Below, piece after piece: positions 61,134-64,000 of a DNA stretch of 64,000 bases (positions within the stretch are counted from its first letter, which is position 1; each line of letters begins with the position of its first letter). This stretch comes from a bacterium (GTDB lineage: Bacteria; UBA8248; JACPRG01; G963555815). The notes under the pieces were generated by a model that saw only the letters and a list, made by a program, of their open reading frames with translations, ran no database searches and was not told where the DNA came from. The stretch is taken from positions 2,720,001 through 2,784,000 of the forward strand of contig OZ244653.1 in NCBI GenBank assembly GCA_965218795.1, given 5' to 3'. Position numbers and translations under genes: made by a program.

Positions 61134-61373
61134 ATGGAACAACCCAATGTTGCGCAAAAAGGTCCCTTTCAACATGCGCCGGAAGAGGACGGGCAGGTCT
61201 GGTGGTGTGCGTGCGGACTCAGTCAAAACCAGCCCTTTTGCGACGGTTCTCACAAGCCCACATCCTTTCGCCCGGTGATGACCGAAGTCAAGGCGGGCGA
61301 ATCGCACTGGTTTTGCGGCTGCAAGCAATCGGGTAACAAGCCCATGTGCGACGGAACCCATTCCTCGCTGTAA
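61134..61373 (+). CDS. CDGSH iron-sulfur protein with two motifs (MiNT/CISD3-like)
   Basis: WCACGLSQNQPFCDGSH and FCGCKQSGNKPMCDGTH; RBS GAGGAG. Confidence 0.93.
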   Translation: MEQPNVAQKGPFQHAPEEDGQVWWCACGLSQNQPFCDGSHKPTSFRPVMTEVKAGESHWFCGCKQSGNKPMCDGTHSSL

Positions 61374-61667
61374 CGGTCGTTCTTTCCTGGGGGAGAGCGG
61401 TCGGTCATGCGCTTTGGTGCAAGGCCGGCCGCTTTTTTACGGAATGAGTAGTTATGGGCTTGAAGGGGAAGTTGATTTCTCAGATGAAGCCGGTAGAAGA
61501 AATGTCGAAAGATACCTCAAGGAGAGTGGTCTTGAAAACGATGAGGAGGCAAGACGAGAAGTTCTCGCTGTCGACAAGCACTTGAGAGAGATATGTGAGC
61601 GATTGCACAAAAGATTAATAGTCAAACTGATACCTGAATGCTTTCTCTATCTCATCCTTTTCTCCTA

Positions 61668-62166
61668 CTATCGAGCAAGCGAACTTTCACTGACCCAGGC
61701 CGGCAACTGCTCAATATCCTTCATGTCATCGAGTTTCTTCGTGAGCTTGTATGTGACGGATTGGCCTTCGGCCATGCGAACGAGTCTGCCAGCTCGCCCT
61801 TCAGCGATGTCTCCTTTCCGCCAGACGTTGAACACAATCTCATGCGCGACAAATTCCGAGACACAACAGATATCCGTAATCCCTGTCCAATCGAACGTGG
61901 TTGAACTGGAACGTCCCATTCGCTCCCAGAGAGGCCGTCTTGATCTCGAACCGATGCCTGCCAATGCGCATATCGGTTTCCGACGTCCGATCACCATTCC
62001 CGATGTCGATACCCGATTGTGTGAGGTAGCGTCGGACGAACTCTTCTCCGATTTCGCCCCGGTTGGTATTGCCAAGGCCCCTATAACCCTGGAACGGAGA
62101 ATCATCCCATATGGATTTTGGAGCGTGTTCCCGAATGCTCTCTACGAGAAGAGTGATTGGAGTCAC
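61668..62166 (-). pseudogene. Putative PD-(D/E)xK restriction endonuclease, frameshift near 61846
   Basis: GEIGEEFV..ETDMRIGRHRFEIKTA..FQFNHVR; GTG overlaps MTase stop; C-terminus continues in another frame. Confidence 0.6.
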
Positions 62167-62861
62167 GCTGGCGGTTCCCAAATGCCGCCCATCTCTCCTC
62201 GTTTCCAGAAGACGAGAAAGAATGAATGATTCTTGCGGGCATGCACTTGACGAACGACGCGGCTGACACCTGGACGGTTGTTCCTGACGACCACGAAAAG
62301 GTCCTCCGCGACGAAGCCCATGTCTTGATATGCCTGCATGATTTCGACGTGGGTGAACCTCTGACGATTAGAGCATACCTCGTCTTGACATTTCACAATC
62401 AGGACACCGCGTTCGCGCAACACGCGGCAAGGTTCCTTCCCCGCCTCGTAATAGAGCGATAAAACCGCTTCATGATATTTTCCGTTCGTCCGGTTCCCCG
62501 ATCCGTTGTTGCGGTAATGGTCCTCGAATGGTTGCTGGGTGGAATGTGCCGTCCCGCCGGGCGAATGCATATAGGGCGGGTCAAGCACGACGCAATCAAT
62601 CTCTCCATCTTCGTAGGGAAGATCACGACAATCTGTTCCGTGTTGAATGTCGGATGCTCGAAGCTGGTATCTGTCTTGGGAGATGTTCCGCCAGAAAACG
62701 CCTTTGCCGCAGGTGACATCCGCAACGACGCTGCCAGGGGCAACATACAGGTCGAGAATTCGCGGGAACACCTGATCGTTCCCATCCATGTAGGCACTTG
62801 GTACGAGGTCTCTGGTTGGCTCTCCGTTTCGCACCATACGGTGCATAGTTGATTGGTTCAT
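62163..62861 (-). CDS. Amino (N4/N6) DNA methyltransferase
   Basis: ADVTCGKGVFW (motif I) then VVLDPPY (motif IV), RVLRERGVLIVKCQD; RBS AAGGAGG. Confidence 0.85.
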   Translation of the reverse strand: MNQSTMHRMVRNGEPTRDLVPSAYMDGNDQVFPRILDLYVAPGSVVADVTCGKGVFWRNISQDRYQLRASDIQHGTDCRDLPYEDGEIDCVVLDPPYMHSPGGTAHSTQQPFEDHYRNNGSGNRTNGKYHEAVLSLYYEAGKEPCRVLRERGVLIVKCQDEVCSNRQRFTHVEIMQAYQDMGFVAEDLFVVVRNNRPGVSRVVRQVHARKNHSFFLVFWKRGEMGGIWEPPA

Positions 62862-62963
62862 GCCAGCCCCTCCTTGAGAGTCAAGTATTACGAGGCGATG
62901 CGATTTGTCGAGAGCCTTTCATACCAGGGCCGCCCGCTGGATGAACGCCCCGAACGGATCATC

Positions 62964-63365
62964 CTAGTTTCGCACATTGTACTTGTAGCAGGCTTCATCG
63001 CTATAGGCATCCGCGTGCTTTCGAGTGTAGTTGTGGTGGGAGCCGAACCATGCACATTTCAGAAGTGCCCAAAATCCCTCGATGGTGTTGATGTGGGTTT
63101 CGCCGTCTGCATACTGAACGCTATGGTTGATGACGGCGTGATTCAATGACCTTGGAAGCGGTTGTATCCAGAGTATTCATCCGTGATCAACAGGGTTTCG
63201 TCAGGCTGAATCTTGTCCCTGATGAATCCTCTAAGACTGTTGAACGTGAGCTTGTCGGCGGCCTGTGCGGTCACCTTTCCGCCCCGCTCAATGGCGCCGA
63301 TAACCGGCATCTTGTCCGTTCCGTGGCCGCGCTTGTGGGGCTTGTCGTCCTTCCGGTTGTCCGCT
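62964..63365 (-). mobile_element. IS1595-family transposase remnant (5'-truncated, frameshifted)
   Basis: KRGHGTDK.PVIGAIERGG, LITDEYSGY / HAVINHSVQY..HINTIEGFWALLK. Confidence 0.85.
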
Positions 63366-63369
63366 GGAT

Positions 63370-64000
63370 TCAAAAAATTCCGGAGGTCCGTAAAAAAAGA
63401 TATGCCGCCGTGATGGAAAGAATGCAGTTCAGGAGCGTTTTCAGCGAGCGGTCCATCAACCGGGGAACGAAGACTGCACCCAGTTGAGCTCCGATGATTC
63501 CCGCCGCGGTCGTTGTCCAGACAACGGCGGGGTCGATGTTCCCCTGCCCCCAGTGAGAGAAGGTTCCGACAACGGCGGAAATCAAGATGGTCATGAGTGA
63601 TGTCCCGATTGCGACACGGAGCGGGATCTGCATGAAACCTACAAAGGCCGGGACTTTCAGGAATCCGCCCCCCACCCCGAGCAGCCCGGTCAGGAATCCC
63701 ACCCCGCCGCCGACCAGCACCGCCTTTGAAACGTTTACTTGATAGGTAACGGGCCGGTTCCCGATCCGGACCGTCTTGGTGTAAGCCCAACGACTTGGTT
63801 TCTTCATGTCCGGCGGGTTCGCTGCAACGGTCGATTTCCGATTGATGAGGTAAATCCCTGCGACGACGCAAAACCCAAGCAGGATTTGAAGAATCCTTCC
63901 AGGCACTCGAGCCGTCAAAAGGGACCCCAAGACAGTCGTTACGATGGTTGACAGGGTGACGATAACCCCCAGCCGCCAATCGACGGTCCCCTGAAATCCA
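63370..64000 (-). CDS. Sulfite exporter TauE/SafE family protein, runs off window end
   Basis: GFLTGLLGVGGGFLKVP, AIGTSL, GAQLGA. Confidence 0.88.
   Translation of the reverse strand, partial: GFQGTVDWRLGVIVTLSTIVTTVLGSLLTARVPGRILQILLGFCVVAGIYLINRKSTVAANPPDMKKPSRWAYTKTVRIGNRPVTYQVNVSKAVLVGGGVGFLTGLLGVGGGFLKVPAFVGFMQIPLRVAIGTSLMTILISAVVGTFSHWGQGNIDPAVVWTTTAAGIIGAQLGAVFVPRLMDRSLKTLLNCILSITAAYLFLRTSGIF

Noticed and set aside
61414-61680. Lower-GC plus-strand ORF as a gene
   Set aside because: No clear start or motif, and it runs on antisense to the REase; possibly a fragment but unsupported
61840-61845. TGA after GICRA in the REase as Sec
   Set aside because: The plausible continuation is in a shifted frame
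63143-63145. TGA in the IS1595 transposase as Sec
   Set aside because: Homology continues in a different frame, so this is a frameshift; no Cys motif

Overview
GC-rich bacterial window, mostly catabolic and transport genes, with many IS remnants, REP-like palindromes and gene fragments. In order: liv-type ABC operon, bioB with a CCG-type Fe-S protein, mltA, tRNA-Phe(GAA), pcaHG, and an MmeI/YeeA-like RM gene cut by an IS630 and joined to the tail of an Mrr-like nuclease. The central catabolic block has four xanthine-dehydrogenase-family Mo large subunits without their FAD/FeS partners, three solute-binding proteins without permeases, an old-yellow enzyme, two UbiD decarboxylases, a NicX/M29-like protein, an MBL hydrolase, a LigAB-like dioxygenase and an SDR array interrupted by a broken autotransporter. 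The rest holds a RelE/HigA-type TA pair, rhodanese, DUF1989 proteins, NYN, isochorismatase, M24 peptidase, F420-type LLM, GATase, a CDGSH protein, a small MTase/REase pair beside an IS1595 remnant, and TauE. Best hidden signal: three genes that the ORF track splits at an in-frame TGA at a catalytic or metal-binding Cys position, each followed by a SECIS-like hairpin. These are probable selenoproteins: AhpD/CMD CPFU (33897-34451), deiodinase-like FGAITUPPY (59424-60077) and, convergent with it, an HMA protein GMLCGLU (60125-60439). All family calls come from motif recognition by eye; no searches were run.
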